Source of the DNA: Meyerozyma guilliermondii
Lineage: Eukaryota
Direction: 5' to 3'
NCBI GenBank assembly: GCA_051546255.1
Contig: CP128820.1
Coordinates: 868,001-932,000, forward strand
DNA: 64,000 bases
Shown here piece after piece: positions 32,323 through 43,536 of the stretch. Positions within the stretch are counted from its first letter, which is position 1. Each line of letters opens with the position of its first letter. The notes beneath the pieces are model-generated. The model did no database searches. It saw nothing but the letters and a program-made list of their open reading frames with translations, and had not been told where the DNA came from. A program made the translations under genes and the position numbers.

Positions 32323-32736
32323 CTAAACAACCACACCAGAGTTTGATGCAATACGTGGCCACAAATCAGCACACTCCTTGGCAACTGGACCAGTGATAGC
32401 AGATCCCTTCATTTCACCCTTAGGGTTGACGATGACACCAGCATTATCTTCAAAGTACAAGTACACACCATCCTTTCTTCTCCATGGTCTAGCTTGTCTA
32501 ACAACAATAGCTGGCATGACTTTCTTTCTCAACTCTGGCTTACCCTTCTTGACGGTAGCCATGACCATGTCACCAGCGGAAGCAGCTGGCAATCTGTTCA
32601 ATCTAGCACCGAATCCCTTAACGGCCAAAACGTACAAGTTTCTAGCACCAGAGTTGTCGCAACAGTTCATGACTGCACCAGTTGGCAAAGCCAACGACAT
32701 ACGGAATTTGTTACCGGAAGCACCTGAACCAGACAT
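32323..32736 (-). CDS. RPL23: 60S ribosomal protein uL14 (L23), no intron in the CDS
   Basis: [49 protein letters not shown]. Confidence 0.98.
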   Translation of the reverse strand: MSGSGASGNKFRMSLALPTGAVMNCCDNSGARNLYVLAVKGFGARLNRLPAASAGDMVMATVKKGKPELRKKVMPAIVVRQARPWRRKDGVYLYFEDNAGVIVNPKGEMKGSAITGPVAKECADLWPRIASNSGVVV

Positions 32737-32780
32737 AGTGAATTAGTAGTTTGGTGGTATAGAAGTTTGTATAGTCTTCA

Positions 32781-32839
32781 AAAATTTTTCACAGTGCGGA
32801 GGGGCCGTAAGAGATTACATAATGGAGGGCTGGAGCCCT
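32781..32839. promoter_or_regulatory. RP-gene promoter: RRPE-like tract and palindromic Tbf1-type site
   Basis: AAAATTTTTCA 32781-32791; AGGGCTGGAGCCCT 32826-32839. Confidence 0.65.
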
Positions 32840-32972
32840 AGGTAATGAGCTTTGAAGAATGTGCAGGAACGGATGCTGCAACCATTGGGAACCAACTGCA
32901 CTACAGAAAAGTAGTAAGGACGTCTTCATACAAGTTTTGTGCATAGTATCAATTATTCTTCTTCATTACCTA

Positions 32973-34139
32973 CTAATTATTAACAACCTTCAATGAGTTG
33001 GGGTTTCTGGTGATCATATCCGGCAACGACCCGTTACTCAATCTCCTTCTGCCAAAGTTGGCGGTTTGGTTGGGTGCCTCCTGAGGCATAGGTGGGTATC
33101 GTTCAAATAGAAACTCATCGTTATGCGTCAGATCAAATGAATGCAGATCACCACTACTCGAGTGGTATCCATGGCCCTTGACAGCACTTGCACCTGCTGC
33201 ACCTGCCGCACCAGCACCTGCACCAGCTGCTGCACTGCTCATGAATGGATTGGGGCCAATTGAGTATTGATCTTTCTCATTGGGACCAGAAAGTGTGAAC
33301 TCATCGTCATGATCGTCTTCCGAGTGACGTTTTTTGTACCACAAGAAGAATAGCAAACCAGCAATCAAGCAAACTCCTGCCAATGAACCAACAACCACAC
33401 CTGCGATCCCTCCACCAGAAAGCGATTTCGATGAGCCATTCTTAGACGAATCACCTGTTGAAGATGCAGATGAAGATGACGAAGTTGTTGGCGATGCTGT
33501 CTTGCTAGATTGCTTGTCCGCGGTCGTTGATGGTGCTATCGTCTTTGTGATCTCAACCACCAGGTGCAGATCGGAACCTGTTACAGTGGATACTACTGTA
33601 GTTGGAGATGCAGAGGGGGAGTTGTCTGATGACTCCGTGGTTGATGCATCAGTAGACGAGGTATCAGATTTGGTAGACGAAGCCGTAGTTGAAGGTGCTT
33701 GTGAAGAAGAACTGGGACTCGTCGAGCTCGTTGATGTTTTCGTACGGCTGGTGCTTGTAGATGACTTCGTGCTAGTGGATGAAGAAGAAGAAGATGCTGC
33801 TTGCGGTTGTACGTCATCATTGGAATATACCAAAAAATAACCATCACCTCCACACATCTCATAGGGGTACCCCTGACATGGAGTGTTACAGTTTGAGCTG
33901 TCAGTTTCGTCACTCAGGTCGAGTTCGGTCGATCCGCAGTAACAGTATTGACCATCAGTAACAACTGCATAGGCCAGATCACTGCATTGACCCTGACAAT
34001 GACCGGATGATTGGTATGTGTTGTCGTCGGAAAACGACAAGCTGCTTTTTATCGATGATTTGTAGCAGCCGCCTTTAGTCCAGCTAGCACTGACAGCTGT
34101 AGCTAAGCAAAGCAATAAGATATGTCCTCGACTTTTCAT
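32973..34139 (-). CDS. Wsc-family cell wall integrity sensor
   Basis: Signal peptide, Cys-rich WSC domain, Ser/Thr stalk, single TM, tail RRRLSNGSLPD..LKVVN. Confidence 0.92.
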   Translation of the reverse strand: MKSRGHILLLCLATAVSASWTKGGCYKSSIKSSLSFSDDNTYQSSGHCQGQCSDLAYAVVTDGQYCYCGSTELDLSDETDSSNCNTPCQGYPYEMCGGDGYFLVYSNDDVQPQAASSSSSSTSTKSSTSTSRTKTSTSSTSPSSSSQAPSTTASSTKSDTSSTDASTTESSDNSPSASPTTVVSTVTGSDLHLVVEITKTIAPSTTADKQSSKTASPTTSSSSSASSTGDSSKNGSSKSLSGGGIAGVVVGSLAGVCLIAGLLFFLWYKKRHSEDDHDDEFTLSGPNEKDQYSIGPNPFMSSAAAGAGAGAAGAAGASAVKGHGYHSSSGDLHSFDLTHNDEFLFERYPPMPQEAPNQTANFGRRRLSNGSLPDMITRNPNSLKVVNN

Positions 34140-35679
34140 TCTGTATGGGTATCAATTGAAATAAAAAAAAAAAATTGTGCCGAAAAGCGACGAACGAGAG
34201 AAATAAACTGCCTGAAACGGATACGTGTTTACCGGGAAAGCTTCTGTTACGAAAATACCACCGGATCAACAACTCCAAATATCACCAATGGGCTTAAAAG
34301 GGTAATCGGCTATGGAAAACCTTGGTCGTAACGATGTAGCAATTACTGAACGAAAGACCTAATGTGGTGCTTGAAGGATAGTGTTAAGCTGGAGACCAAA
34401 TCAACTCACAGCAAAAGCAAGAAGGAAAGCTGGGACTCAAAAATGCCGTTGTAAACAGCTTTTGTGGAAGGGTATCAAGAAAAAAATGCAGGGAATCGAC
34501 AATAAACAAGGCAATTATCCTGTACGAGCACGGGCATGCGGGTTATATGCACACCCGGAATTCTTCAGAAGTAGCCAAGCCGGCTGGAATGTTTGGGAGG
34601 GAATAGCAACAAGAACTTGGCAAAACCGGTTTGTTTTGGTAAGGCTACGTGATTGATGAGGAATGTGTTTATATTATATGATATGGGTGCGAATTCGTGA
34701 GGGGATCAGCGGCTAGTTTAGGCGAGGAATTTCTTTTCGCACTGATTTCCCAATTAGTTCAGGAAACTGCAAAATGCGGCGGAGCGAAGTATTATGAAGC
34801 AATGTCTGGAGGCTTCAGGGTCGATAATATATAGAAAAATATGCAGAAGACGAAACGAGAGGAGTGGTTTTGGGGAAGGAAGGAAGATCCGAGGGTGATC
34901 AGTTGACTAATTTTATATATGCCATCAACATTCCGGTCTCTTGAGGGTATATTTAGAAGCGCGCAGTGAAAAATATCTCAATATTTACTAACAGGAGATA
35001 AGAGGAGATCTGCGTAAGAGGGGTTGGCCAGTTCTGGATATGTGGTACGATTTTGAACATACTACGCAAATAAACTTCAAGTGGACATTTAATGGACATT
35101 AAATGGACATCAAATGGAATCCAAATAATTGACAATCGTTCCTCATGTAGAAGCTGTAATTCGTATACTGGGCTCGCAACAATGCGTCGCGACGGAGGTG
35201 AAACAGGGTCGCGAACGGATCGCCAAAGCAAGAAAGCAACAGTTATATGCCCACATTTATGCCCAGTATTCAGTTATGTTAATCGTAGACAACCCTGACT
35301 CAATTACAACCTACACATAGAAACTCTACATCGGAGCTGATGAATGCACCCCCGGCTATTGTCTTGGGGTTCCTGCGTGGATTCTGCGATTTTATTTTTC
35401 GTGACAATGTTGTGCTTGATGCACGTAGCTGCGAAAAAAATCATTTAACAATATTTGCGATCCAGCAACCTTCTTAGTGATTTCGCCTCAATGCTATTTT
35501 AGATGAAAACCCATGGCCTAGTGTTGAGGGAAATTTGAGGTATAAAGTGAAGTCTTCCATCAACCAACTAGGACATGTTTCATACTCACATCTTGTAGCA
35601 AGTGAAGATCAATTCGACATTCCGGAAACGGGATTTTGGTCGATGAGGATAAAACTGATAATGATGCCGAATTGTATAT

Positions 35680-35895
35680 GTTCTTTACCCAAGTCCGATC
35701 CCAATGATCCTTCAATAGAAGATATTCATACCATGATCTGTTTCTTTCAATTGGCCGTTGGAGACATCGGCTATCAAAAGACCGTTGTCATAACATTTCT
35801 TCAAAATAAGCATGACCTTTCCTCATCGTCAAGTACCCAATCGGAGTACTCCTTACTTCCAATTGTCATACATCGACAATAAGACCGATAAACAA
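35680..35895 (-). pseudogene. Aldo-keto reductase (CSH1/IFD/aryl-alcohol dehydrogenase type) relic
   Basis: Minus-strand fragments across frameshifts: CMTIGSKEYSDWVLDDEE / ILKKCYDNGL / ADVSNGQ, matching family N-terminus GCMSxGS..W..DEE..ILK.CYD.GLRTFDTADVYSNG. Confidence 0.72.
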
Positions 35896-36081
35896 GCACC
35901 TAGCTTGTGAAGATTGAATTGGGCACGGACATTTTACTTCTAAACAATTTTTTCAAGGCGGGGTTTCAAATCTATCGTAACGGGGGATTGTATCGTGATA
36001 ATGACGGATCCGCGGTGATTTCGGTCATTTACAAGACTACGGTCTCACTTGATTATGGCAAGTTGAGGTTTCTCCGAAATG

Positions 36082-36098
36082 TCCACGGAGTCCGCGGA
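36082..36098. promoter_or_regulatory. Tandem PDRE-like zinc-cluster sites upstream of the Gre2-like gene
   Basis: TCCACGGA 36082-36089 and TCCGCGGA 36091-36098; TATAAATA at 36192. Confidence 0.6.
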
Positions 36099-36228
36099 CA
36101 TGAGCCGCGCGAACAGAATAGAGTGAAATTCTCGATTCACTCAGCCAATCAAATACCTAGTGCTGCTGGTCTATGGGTTCTCTGCTTGGCATATAAATAC
36201 CCACCAACCTCTTGAAAATGCCAACAAA

Positions 36229-37239
36229 ATGACAACTTCTGTCTATGTTTCAGGTGCCAGTGGATTTATCGCACAACATGTGGTGCAACAATTGATCGAA
36301 AAAGGGTACCATGTCGTGGGTTCTGTGAGAAGTAAAGCCAAGGGTGAGCTTCTTGTATCGCAGTTTGGAAGCTCATTTGAGTATGAAATTGTTGAAGACA
36401 TAGCCAAGAGCGGGGCGTTTGACGAATCGTTGAAGAAGCATCCGGAAGTAACTGTTTTTCTCCACACTGCTTCACCATTTCACTTTGAGGCAACGGACAT
36501 TGAAAAGGAGTTGTACATTCCTGCTGTTGAAGGAACTACTAATGCTTTGAAAGCCATTGAGCAGTATGGACAACTGATTACCCGGGTGGTGGTCACCTCC
36601 TCTTTCGCAGCATTAATAAATCTTGATAGAGAAAGTGATCCAACATTGACATACACCGAAGAGGATTGGAACCCTTTGTCGAAAGAGGATGGTCTCAAAA
36701 ACGCTTGGTTAGGATACGTCGTATCCAAGAAATTGGCTGAGAAAGTGGCTTGGGACTTTGTGAAAGAAGCTAAACCTAAATTCGATTTGACAGTAGTCAA
36801 TCCGACTTACGTTTATGGCCCGCAAGCCTTCCAATCGGGCATCAAGGACAAGCTTAATACTTCTTCTGAGCTCATTAACTCAGCTTTGAAGATGGGCCCT
36901 AATGACGAGGTACCTCCAGTTACTGGGCCTTATATTGATGTTAGAGACGTTGCTGCAGCCCATTTGGTAGCTTTTGAAAAAGACGAAGCTAAGAATCAAC
37001 GGTTGGTTATGGCTGATGGGCGGTTTACGTATCAAGACTTTTTGGATATCATTCACAAGCATTTTCCACAATTATCGAAGAATTTGCCTGTTGGAAAACC
37101 GGGCTCCAGTAAAGAGCAGCTTGCAAACAGCGCAAAGTTGAATTTCTCCAAAACTGAAAAGATTCTTGGTTTCAAGTACATTGGGTTGGAGCAATCAGTG
37201 GTTGATAGCGTCAAGCAAATTGTTGAAACAGAGAAGTGA
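36229..37239 (+). CDS. GRE2: Gre2-like NADPH-dependent methylglyoxal/aldehyde reductase
   Basis: VSGASGFIA, FLHTASPF, VVVTSSFAA, YVVSK; first ATG after the TATA at 36229. Confidence 0.88.
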   Translation: MTTSVYVSGASGFIAQHVVQQLIEKGYHVVGSVRSKAKGELLVSQFGSSFEYEIVEDIAKSGAFDESLKKHPEVTVFLHTASPFHFEATDIEKELYIPAVEGTTNALKAIEQYGQLITRVVVTSSFAALINLDRESDPTLTYTEEDWNPLSKEDGLKNAWLGYVVSKKLAEKVAWDFVKEAKPKFDLTVVNPTYVYGPQAFQSGIKDKLNTSSELINSALKMGPNDEVPPVTGPYIDVRDVAAAHLVAFEKDEAKNQRLVMADGRFTYQDFLDIIHKHFPQLSKNLPVGKPGSSKEQLANSAKLNFSKTEKILGFKYIGLEQSVVDSVKQIVETEK

Positions 37240-37941
37240 CAGAGAAATGAAATAGAGAAATAGATTCAGTATATGATATGACTGTTTAGTTCAATGCGAA
37301 AATTTTGGCATCATTTGATCTTTCATTTGCTTGAAGTATCTCGCATCCGTTCTTCAAACGATATTTTGCTCTATAAGGTATGGTACGTTTCTGTATGAAA
37401 ATTGAAGTTGCAGCCCGCTGCTTGGCATGTATAGGGTATCGGATTTTCAATGCAGGATTTGAGTTATTATGGAGAATACTGTATCCGCACCGCTCTTGTC
37501 GCAAACACTACCACCCGCGCACGACCGCATCTCCATTTTCGTTTTCGTTTGTCTTTCGCAAGTTACCGGCGCAACACTGAATTGGCATAGACTGGAATTC
37601 TATGCCGCTCATATGGGTCGGGAGAGTGACTTGAGCCTTTTTCGCTAACCACGACCAGAACTGCGGTTCCTGTAGGTCGTTGTTTGATAGTAGTAGGGCA
37701 AACATGTAAACAGTAGGATTCTGCTTAATTGGTTTACAAGCAATTAATTTACAAGTTGGCAAACTTGCTAAGCTTGCTAAGCTTGCTAACCAGAACTTTT
37801 AGCACATAAGACATTATTTCGTAACCTTAACTTTGTCTGGTGATTTTTCGTTTTCCACTAATTTCTGTCGGCCATTTTTGGCCTGCCAAATCTCATTTCT
37901 CGCGACTTGACTTCGCATCATTTAAATCACCTTCTTATAGC

Positions 37942-38724
37942 ATGTCTTCAACTAGGTCCATTGAGTGCATATTGACGAAGCACCAAGACCTCCTTCTGTC
38001 CCTACGGCTTCCTGACCTTCTTACTTCGCCTTCAGAACCCCTTGAATCCAAAAAAATACCATACGTCACCCATCTAGAATTGCTATCGATTGCCAACGAT
38101 TTGCCTATTATCCGCAAAAACCTCCAAAAATACACAAAACACCGCAAATATAACGAGCTTACCGACGCAGTATGCCACATACAAAACACCGTGGACGAAT
38201 ATTTGTTCGTTAATGAACAACTCATGAATAAGTTCGACGCTGCAAGAGCAGTTCCCACGCCTCGATTATCAGAGGAACCTCAATCAGGAGACGAACACGA
38301 TCCCACCAAACTTTCTCACGATGCTAACGATGATTTGTCCTTGTTGAGACAGCGTTTACTAGCTGGAGGTACACATACTTCTTTCGATGATGAGGCACCA
38401 AATATCAATAAAGCTAACGAGTACCATGAGTCCATCCAAGAGGATATAATGAGTGAATTGACGGGACTAGCTTCGTCGCTTCGCGAGTCTGCTATTTCGT
38501 TCTCTGCGAAACTTGCAGACGATAACAAAGCGTTGGATAAAACCAGTGATGCGATGTACAAGAACGAGACAATGATGCGCCAAGTAGGGAACAATCTCAA
38601 CAATTATGTTACAAACAAAACTGGCGGAAAAATCTCCTTTTGGTTTCTTCTCAAGCTAACCTTGGTGGTGTACGCTGTTTTCTTTGGAATGGTTATCATT
38701 GTTAAAATATTTCCTAAATTATGA
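37942..38724 (+). CDS. USE1: ER t-SNARE, Use1-like
   Basis: LRQRLL motif, HESIQEDI..EL..LASSLRESA..FS..L..DNK.L SNARE region, C-terminal TM. Confidence 0.72.
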   Translation: MSSTRSIECILTKHQDLLLSLRLPDLLTSPSEPLESKKIPYVTHLELLSIANDLPIIRKNLQKYTKHRKYNELTDAVCHIQNTVDEYLFVNEQLMNKFDAARAVPTPRLSEEPQSGDEHDPTKLSHDANDDLSLLRQRLLAGGTHTSFDDEAPNINKANEYHESIQEDIMSELTGLASSLRESAISFSAKLADDNKALDKTSDAMYKNETMMRQVGNNLNNYVTNKTGGKISFWFLLKLTLVVYAVFFGMVIIVKIFPKL

Positions 38725-38768
38725 TCCTACACACTCAGCATAGGTTTCACCTATTGACCGATAGCTAC

Positions 38769-40430
38769 TTATCCGCTGGATTGGGTTGGTAGCTGACTGT
38801 CATCTGTCATTAGCTCATTATCTGATAATGTATTGCTGGATCTTGGCTCCGACGCACTTTGAGGTGCCGATGAATGATTTTGAAATTGCCTGGGTAAGTT
38901 ACCACACCGATCCTTTCCGAAGTTGATTTTTAAATTTTTGTAATCGTCAAGCGACTTGATGCCATCAATTGCCTTGATTGCATTAGCAATGTTGACAAAG
39001 TTAATGAATGCACAATTTTTTTCTTCGAGATAATTGATTTGCTCAATATCTCCAAATTGAGAAAAGTCTTCTCTTAATTTTGTTGGGTTATAATAGTTGA
39101 AGTCTCCGAGATTGCCCACGTAGATGTTTCTCGAGGCTCCATTGGAGACAGCCAAGGATAATCCATTGGATAAAGGGCCCGAATGCTTACCCCAACCAAC
39201 CTTGATTCTCCTATTATGAATGGTCAATCCGTGGAGTTGGCACATGGCATAAAATTGAGCCGCTGCAATGGGATCAATAAACGTAATAAAGCAAACATGA
39301 CGCTCTTTTAAGAATCGAATGCTCTGCAAAAGCCCCCCTCTCACAACGTTACAAATTTCTTCCACAGAAGAATCTTGATGCAAGTTACCCAAATAGACGG
39401 TTCTATTGCCAAGGTTATTGGCTCCACCAGCTTGAGTTGCAATTTGAGCAGCTGCGGCCGATTGCTGTACCAATGCTGATGAGATAAACTCTCGGTCAGC
39501 TGCAGTGACAATATGTTCCATACCTGGGGCCAAACCCAAATATTGGGCCGCATTGTGTTGCTGGGTCTTGGTGATGAATGCACAACGATCTTTTCCATAA
39601 AAACATTTTTTGTCCAAATACTTCTCCTTCAAAGGCAAGTTTTGCACACATCTGATGGCACTCAAAATTGATAAAAAGTGAATAAATGCAATTCCCTTTT
39701 CAGGAATAATCTTAATGCTATCGATAACACCGTAAGTTGACAAATCCTCTCTCAACTCTTGCTCAGTCAAAGTCTCTCCGGTGATCGGATGATTCAAATT
39801 GCCAAGGTAGACGTTTCTGGTGGCTCCATCACGATGTATGGCGTCGACCACGGCGGGAAGCATGGGTGTGTTTTTGCCCCATCCTATCCTAATATCATGG
39901 CCCTTTATACTCAATTTCTTCAAAATGCAGTCGGAATGAAACAAGAGAGCTGACTGATGGTCAATGAACGAAATGAAGGCGCAGTTCTTTGCGGGAAGAA
40001 TCTTGACCGATTCGAGAATACCCGACCGCACGTAGTCCAAAAGTTCGTTTGGCTCGATGTCAGAGGGAATGTTACCGAGGTAAACGGTACGAGAAGGCGC
40101 TGCGGGTGAACTGTTATCACCCTGAGGATTTCCGTATACATCGGACGGTTGGGCCATCGGATTTTGTGGAGCTGAAGGGAACGGAGATGCCTCATATGGC
40201 ATGTTCAGCTGCATAGGAACGGGATTGAAACTCGACTCGTCCACATAGTAATCACTTCCCATGGCTCCCTGAGGATAACCCTCGGAGTATTGTTGATCAT
40301 AGTTCCACTGAGGCTGTTGCATGATTGGCGGCTGATTACCATTGGTAGCCTGTTGGCCATCTTGAGGATAATAGGGATAGTATGGCTGACCCATATACTG
40401 CTGGTTCTGGAAGGGATCGTAGTATGACAT
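38769..40430 (-). CDS. MRN1: Four-RRM RNA-binding protein
   Basis: SRTVYLGN, GATRNVYLGN, GNRTVYLGN, GASRNIYVGN, YGKDRC/FGKDRC. Confidence 0.88.
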   Translation of the reverse strand: MSYYDPFQNQQYMGQPYYPYYPQDGQQATNGNQPPIMQQPQWNYDQQYSEGYPQGAMGSDYYVDESSFNPVPMQLNMPYEASPFPSAPQNPMAQPSDVYGNPQGDNSSPAAPSRTVYLGNIPSDIEPNELLDYVRSGILESVKILPAKNCAFISFIDHQSALLFHSDCILKKLSIKGHDIRIGWGKNTPMLPAVVDAIHRDGATRNVYLGNLNHPITGETLTEQELREDLSTYGVIDSIKIIPEKGIAFIHFLSILSAIRCVQNLPLKEKYLDKKCFYGKDRCAFITKTQQHNAAQYLGLAPGMEHIVTAADREFISSALVQQSAAAAQIATQAGGANNLGNRTVYLGNLHQDSSVEEICNVVRGGLLQSIRFLKERHVCFITFIDPIAAAQFYAMCQLHGLTIHNRRIKVGWGKHSGPLSNGLSLAVSNGASRNIYVGNLGDFNYYNPTKLREDFSQFGDIEQINYLEEKNCAFINFVNIANAIKAIDGIKSLDDYKNLKINFGKDRCGNLPRQFQNHSSAPQSASEPRSSNTLSDNELMTDDSQLPTQSSG

Positions 40431-41302
40431 GGTATGGACTCGAGACGGAAATTTGTGTACAAAAACAGGCGACGCCCTTTGACAATCTTCTTAGAATGTG
40501 TAAACGATGAAGTGAAAGGTAGGCAACAAAAAAAGCAAGAATAACACTGAACAACGAAGGTATATGCAAGTTTAGTTCATCAACGGATCCACTGTCAGAT
40601 TGCAAGTGTCAACAGAAAAGATCAGCAAAACGAAGGACCCTGGCAAAAAAAACGACCACCTCGTTTCAAAGAAAGAAAGTCTTTGAAAGCTATCTACTTG
40701 AGAGTAACGTGTATCAGGCACTCTATTTCCAGACACCAGAAACACAAAGGTTGAAAATCGCTTCTTGCAGAATAAAACGTAGTGGAAATTACTTGCCAAC
40801 GTTTGAACAAAAGAGCTGCGTCTGATCTGAACACAAAAAATTTTGGGGCATTTCACCATGGCACGACCGGAACATAGTGTAGGGAAGGAAGAGGTTATAG
40901 ATGAAAAGTAGCGTAAAATGGTTGGGATGTGTACTGGTAGTTTGTTACGTCAAAGTAAAATCAGACCGAATCAGCTCAATTATACTGGCCGTAAAATGAT
41001 ACTGATCGTAAAATGATACTGATCGTTGATTGGCATTTGTCTGTACTCGTAGATGGACTTCATGCCTTATGTCCGAGATATACCGAGGTTATAACTCGCA
41101 TGAATTATAGATTGAGTCTATAAAAGCGGGTATTGTTTTACAGTGCTACATAACAACAATCTTTTACTCTACTTCATCTATGTATCTCAGTCTCATGTAA
41201 AAGTTTCGCGATGAGATCGAATTGTTGCAAACAGTAGATTTTGTTAAACCACACAGAACGTTGTTTTGCTTCACTAATTGCCATTATTGAGCGTTCTGGG
41301 TC

Positions 41303-42340
41303 ATGTCCTTTGCATTTGGGTTTGACAACGACGATATAGATACTCCTAGTGTGCCAAAACAGGTCGAAACGAATCCTCTAGATGCCGTCGATGGATTTCA
41401 TGTTCCTGAAATTGTCAGCTTTGAGGACATTTTAACGTCTTTAAAGGACATCAGGATCACGTTCGACAACTATAGGACCCCCAAAGGTAACATTGTCTAT
41501 AGGAGAGAGCTTTTCGATGTGAAACACCAGGTTATGAGTGAAGATGCTGCGAGCTCCATGGGGAGCATTTTATTGGGAGACGAAAAAGACGTTGATCTTA
41601 AACAAAATGTATATGAGGGAGGTTTCAAGAGCTGGGAATGTTCATATGACACAGTGGACCATGTTTCTGTTACCATGGATCTACTGGTTCCTCAGAGCAT
41701 TCTCGAATTGGGCTGTGGAACTGCCTTACCAACCTGTTTCATTCTTCGCAAATATTTGGAGCAAATAAGCTCGAAAAACGATACCACATTCAAGCCAAGC
41801 TGCTTTGTATTGACAGACTTTAACTACGATGTGCTACGTCTAGTTACAGTACCCAACTTGGTTATTCATTGGGCATCTACAATTCCACCGCAGCAGCTAC
41901 AGATGTTGTGTAGCGGCGAAGATGGTCCTCCACTTCAAAACGACGAGATAATTATCACTCAAAGATTCATTTCGGCAATTCTTGCTGACTTTGCTACCAA
42001 GAATATTTCCATCTCTCTTGTCTCTGGTGGCTGGAATCGTTCCTTCCTAAACATTGCAATGTCATTCGGCGTAAAAACATTGATCACCTCGGAAACCATA
42101 TACTCCCCCCAGTCGCTCCCGCTAGTCGCCGAGCTAATTTTAGAATTAATGGCGCCTACCGGTTCAATTTGCAGCCGAGCCGTGGTTGCTGCAAAATCGA
42201 TCTATTTTGGGGTTGGAGGCTCAGTGACTGAGTTTGTAAACTACTTGGAAACCCGGAGACCACAGAACATCGAGTTGCTGCGAAAAGAAGTCGGAGAGTC
42301 GCAATTGAAACGAGTTATCATAGATATATTAGCTCAATAA
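41303..42340 (+). CDS. HPM1: Histidine protein methyltransferase 1
   Basis: MSFAFGF, RRELFDVKHQVM, YEGGFKSWECS, LELGCGTALP, SETIYS; PAC GCGATGAG at 41208. Confidence 0.92.
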   Translation: MSFAFGFDNDDIDTPSVPKQVETNPLDAVDGFHVPEIVSFEDILTSLKDIRITFDNYRTPKGNIVYRRELFDVKHQVMSEDAASSMGSILLGDEKDVDLKQNVYEGGFKSWECSYDTVDHVSVTMDLLVPQSILELGCGTALPTCFILRKYLEQISSKNDTTFKPSCFVLTDFNYDVLRLVTVPNLVIHWASTIPPQQLQMLCSGEDGPPLQNDEIIITQRFISAILADFATKNISISLVSGGWNRSFLNIAMSFGVKTLITSETIYSPQSLPLVAELILELMAPTGSICSRAVVAAKSIYFGVGGSVTEFVNYLETRRPQNIELLRKEVGESQLKRVIIDILAQ

Positions 42341-42986
42341 TTTAACATAGTTGCGAGTACTGCAGGCAGTCCAGTGCCCGCTGTATCGGCCCATAAATAT
42401 GTCGTCGTGCGACATCGCATGTACCAATCGTTTGCGAGAGTTTTCCTTCTTGTGTTTAATACAGCCATTGGCATCAATAATCAGAAAGGTAAGTCTTCAG
42501 GGGTAATTTAGCAGTGTTTGCGCTCATAGCAATGAGCATTATTTTCATAAAATAGGCTTTGTTGGGATCTGGCGATTGAGCAAGTTTTTCCTGTTCAGGA
42601 TTCGAATTTCTATCATTGTTATATTGCCCTTATCTGGCGTTATCTGTCATATTTCAAGAGCTTGACGTTCGTTGTATGATCTAGAGACCGTACCAAACAT
42701 ACAAAACAACTCTGGGAGTTTCTTGAGGTCGATTTGTGTCGGCAATGTTTCCCTGAACTTCGTCGTCGAAACTTTAAATTGAATTTTTCACGCCAAAAAT
42801 CAACCGAAAGTCATGGCAATTGTGCCATGTATGACAGTACAAACAGAAAGCTGCCATGTCCTCCTTTCCTATCCTGCCTTTTTCACCCGCTCAGCCATCC
42901 AATCAGATGACGTGATTTTGAAGCGACTGCATACAACATGTGCTCTCTAAATTTTTCATCAGTCAAGTACTAACAAACAGCCGGAA

Positions 42987-43439
42987 ATGTTACGTTCGTC
43001 AATTCAAAGGATCGCTGTGCGTAGCCAGTCTACTGTCACGAAGACCGCTCCAAGAGCGTTGTCAAACGCTTACGTAGGAAGCTTGGAAACTAGATGGGAA
43101 ACCTTACCAAAGGAAGACCAAACCCGCATCACAGAAGAATTAAAAGCTAGAATGGAATTGCCATGGCAAGAGTTGACTACCGCCGAAAAGAAAGCCGCTT
43201 ACTACATCTCTTTCGGTGAATGGGGTCCTAGAAAGCCTTTGCACGCGCCTGGTGATGCCGCTAAGGTATTCTGGGGAACCGTTGCCGGTCTTGTGGCTGG
43301 TGTTGGTTTGTTCAGTTTGACCAGAATCTTCGCTGCTCCTCAACCGGAAACCTTGAACAGAGATTGGCAAGAGGCCTCCGACGAGTACTTAAAATCCAAG
43401 AATGCTAACCCATTCACTGGCTACTCCCAAATCCAGTAA
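42987..43439 (+). CDS. COX5: Cytochrome c oxidase subunit 5
   Basis: LETRWE..RMELPWQELT.AEKKAAYYISFGEWGPR, NANPFTGYSQIQ; CCAATCA at ~42899. Confidence 0.95.
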   Translation: MLRSSIQRIAVRSQSTVTKTAPRALSNAYVGSLETRWETLPKEDQTRITEELKARMELPWQELTTAEKKAAYYISFGEWGPRKPLHAPGDAAKVFWGTVAGLVAGVGLFSLTRIFAAPQPETLNRDWQEASDEYLKSKNANPFTGYSQIQ

Positions 43440-43536
43440 TTTTAGCTCTATGAGCTCATATTTTAGTTATTTTCTAACTAGCATTACAATGATAAACGCT
43501 ATCTACGTATTCGTAACTGTCGTAAATGTTGTGTTT

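Noticed and set aside
32378..33840. Antisense ORFs over RPL23 and the WSC gene (and similar ones elsewhere)
   Set aside because: Shadow ORFs caused by codon bias of the real gene
35535..35882. 115-aa plus-strand ORF
   Set aside because: TTG start, no recognisable motif; overlaps the AKR relic antisense
37763..41030. Short direct repeats (CTTGCTAAG x3 at ~37764; CGTAAAATGATACTGAT x2 at ~40990)
   Set aside because: Consistent with ordinary slippage duplications; no evidence of function
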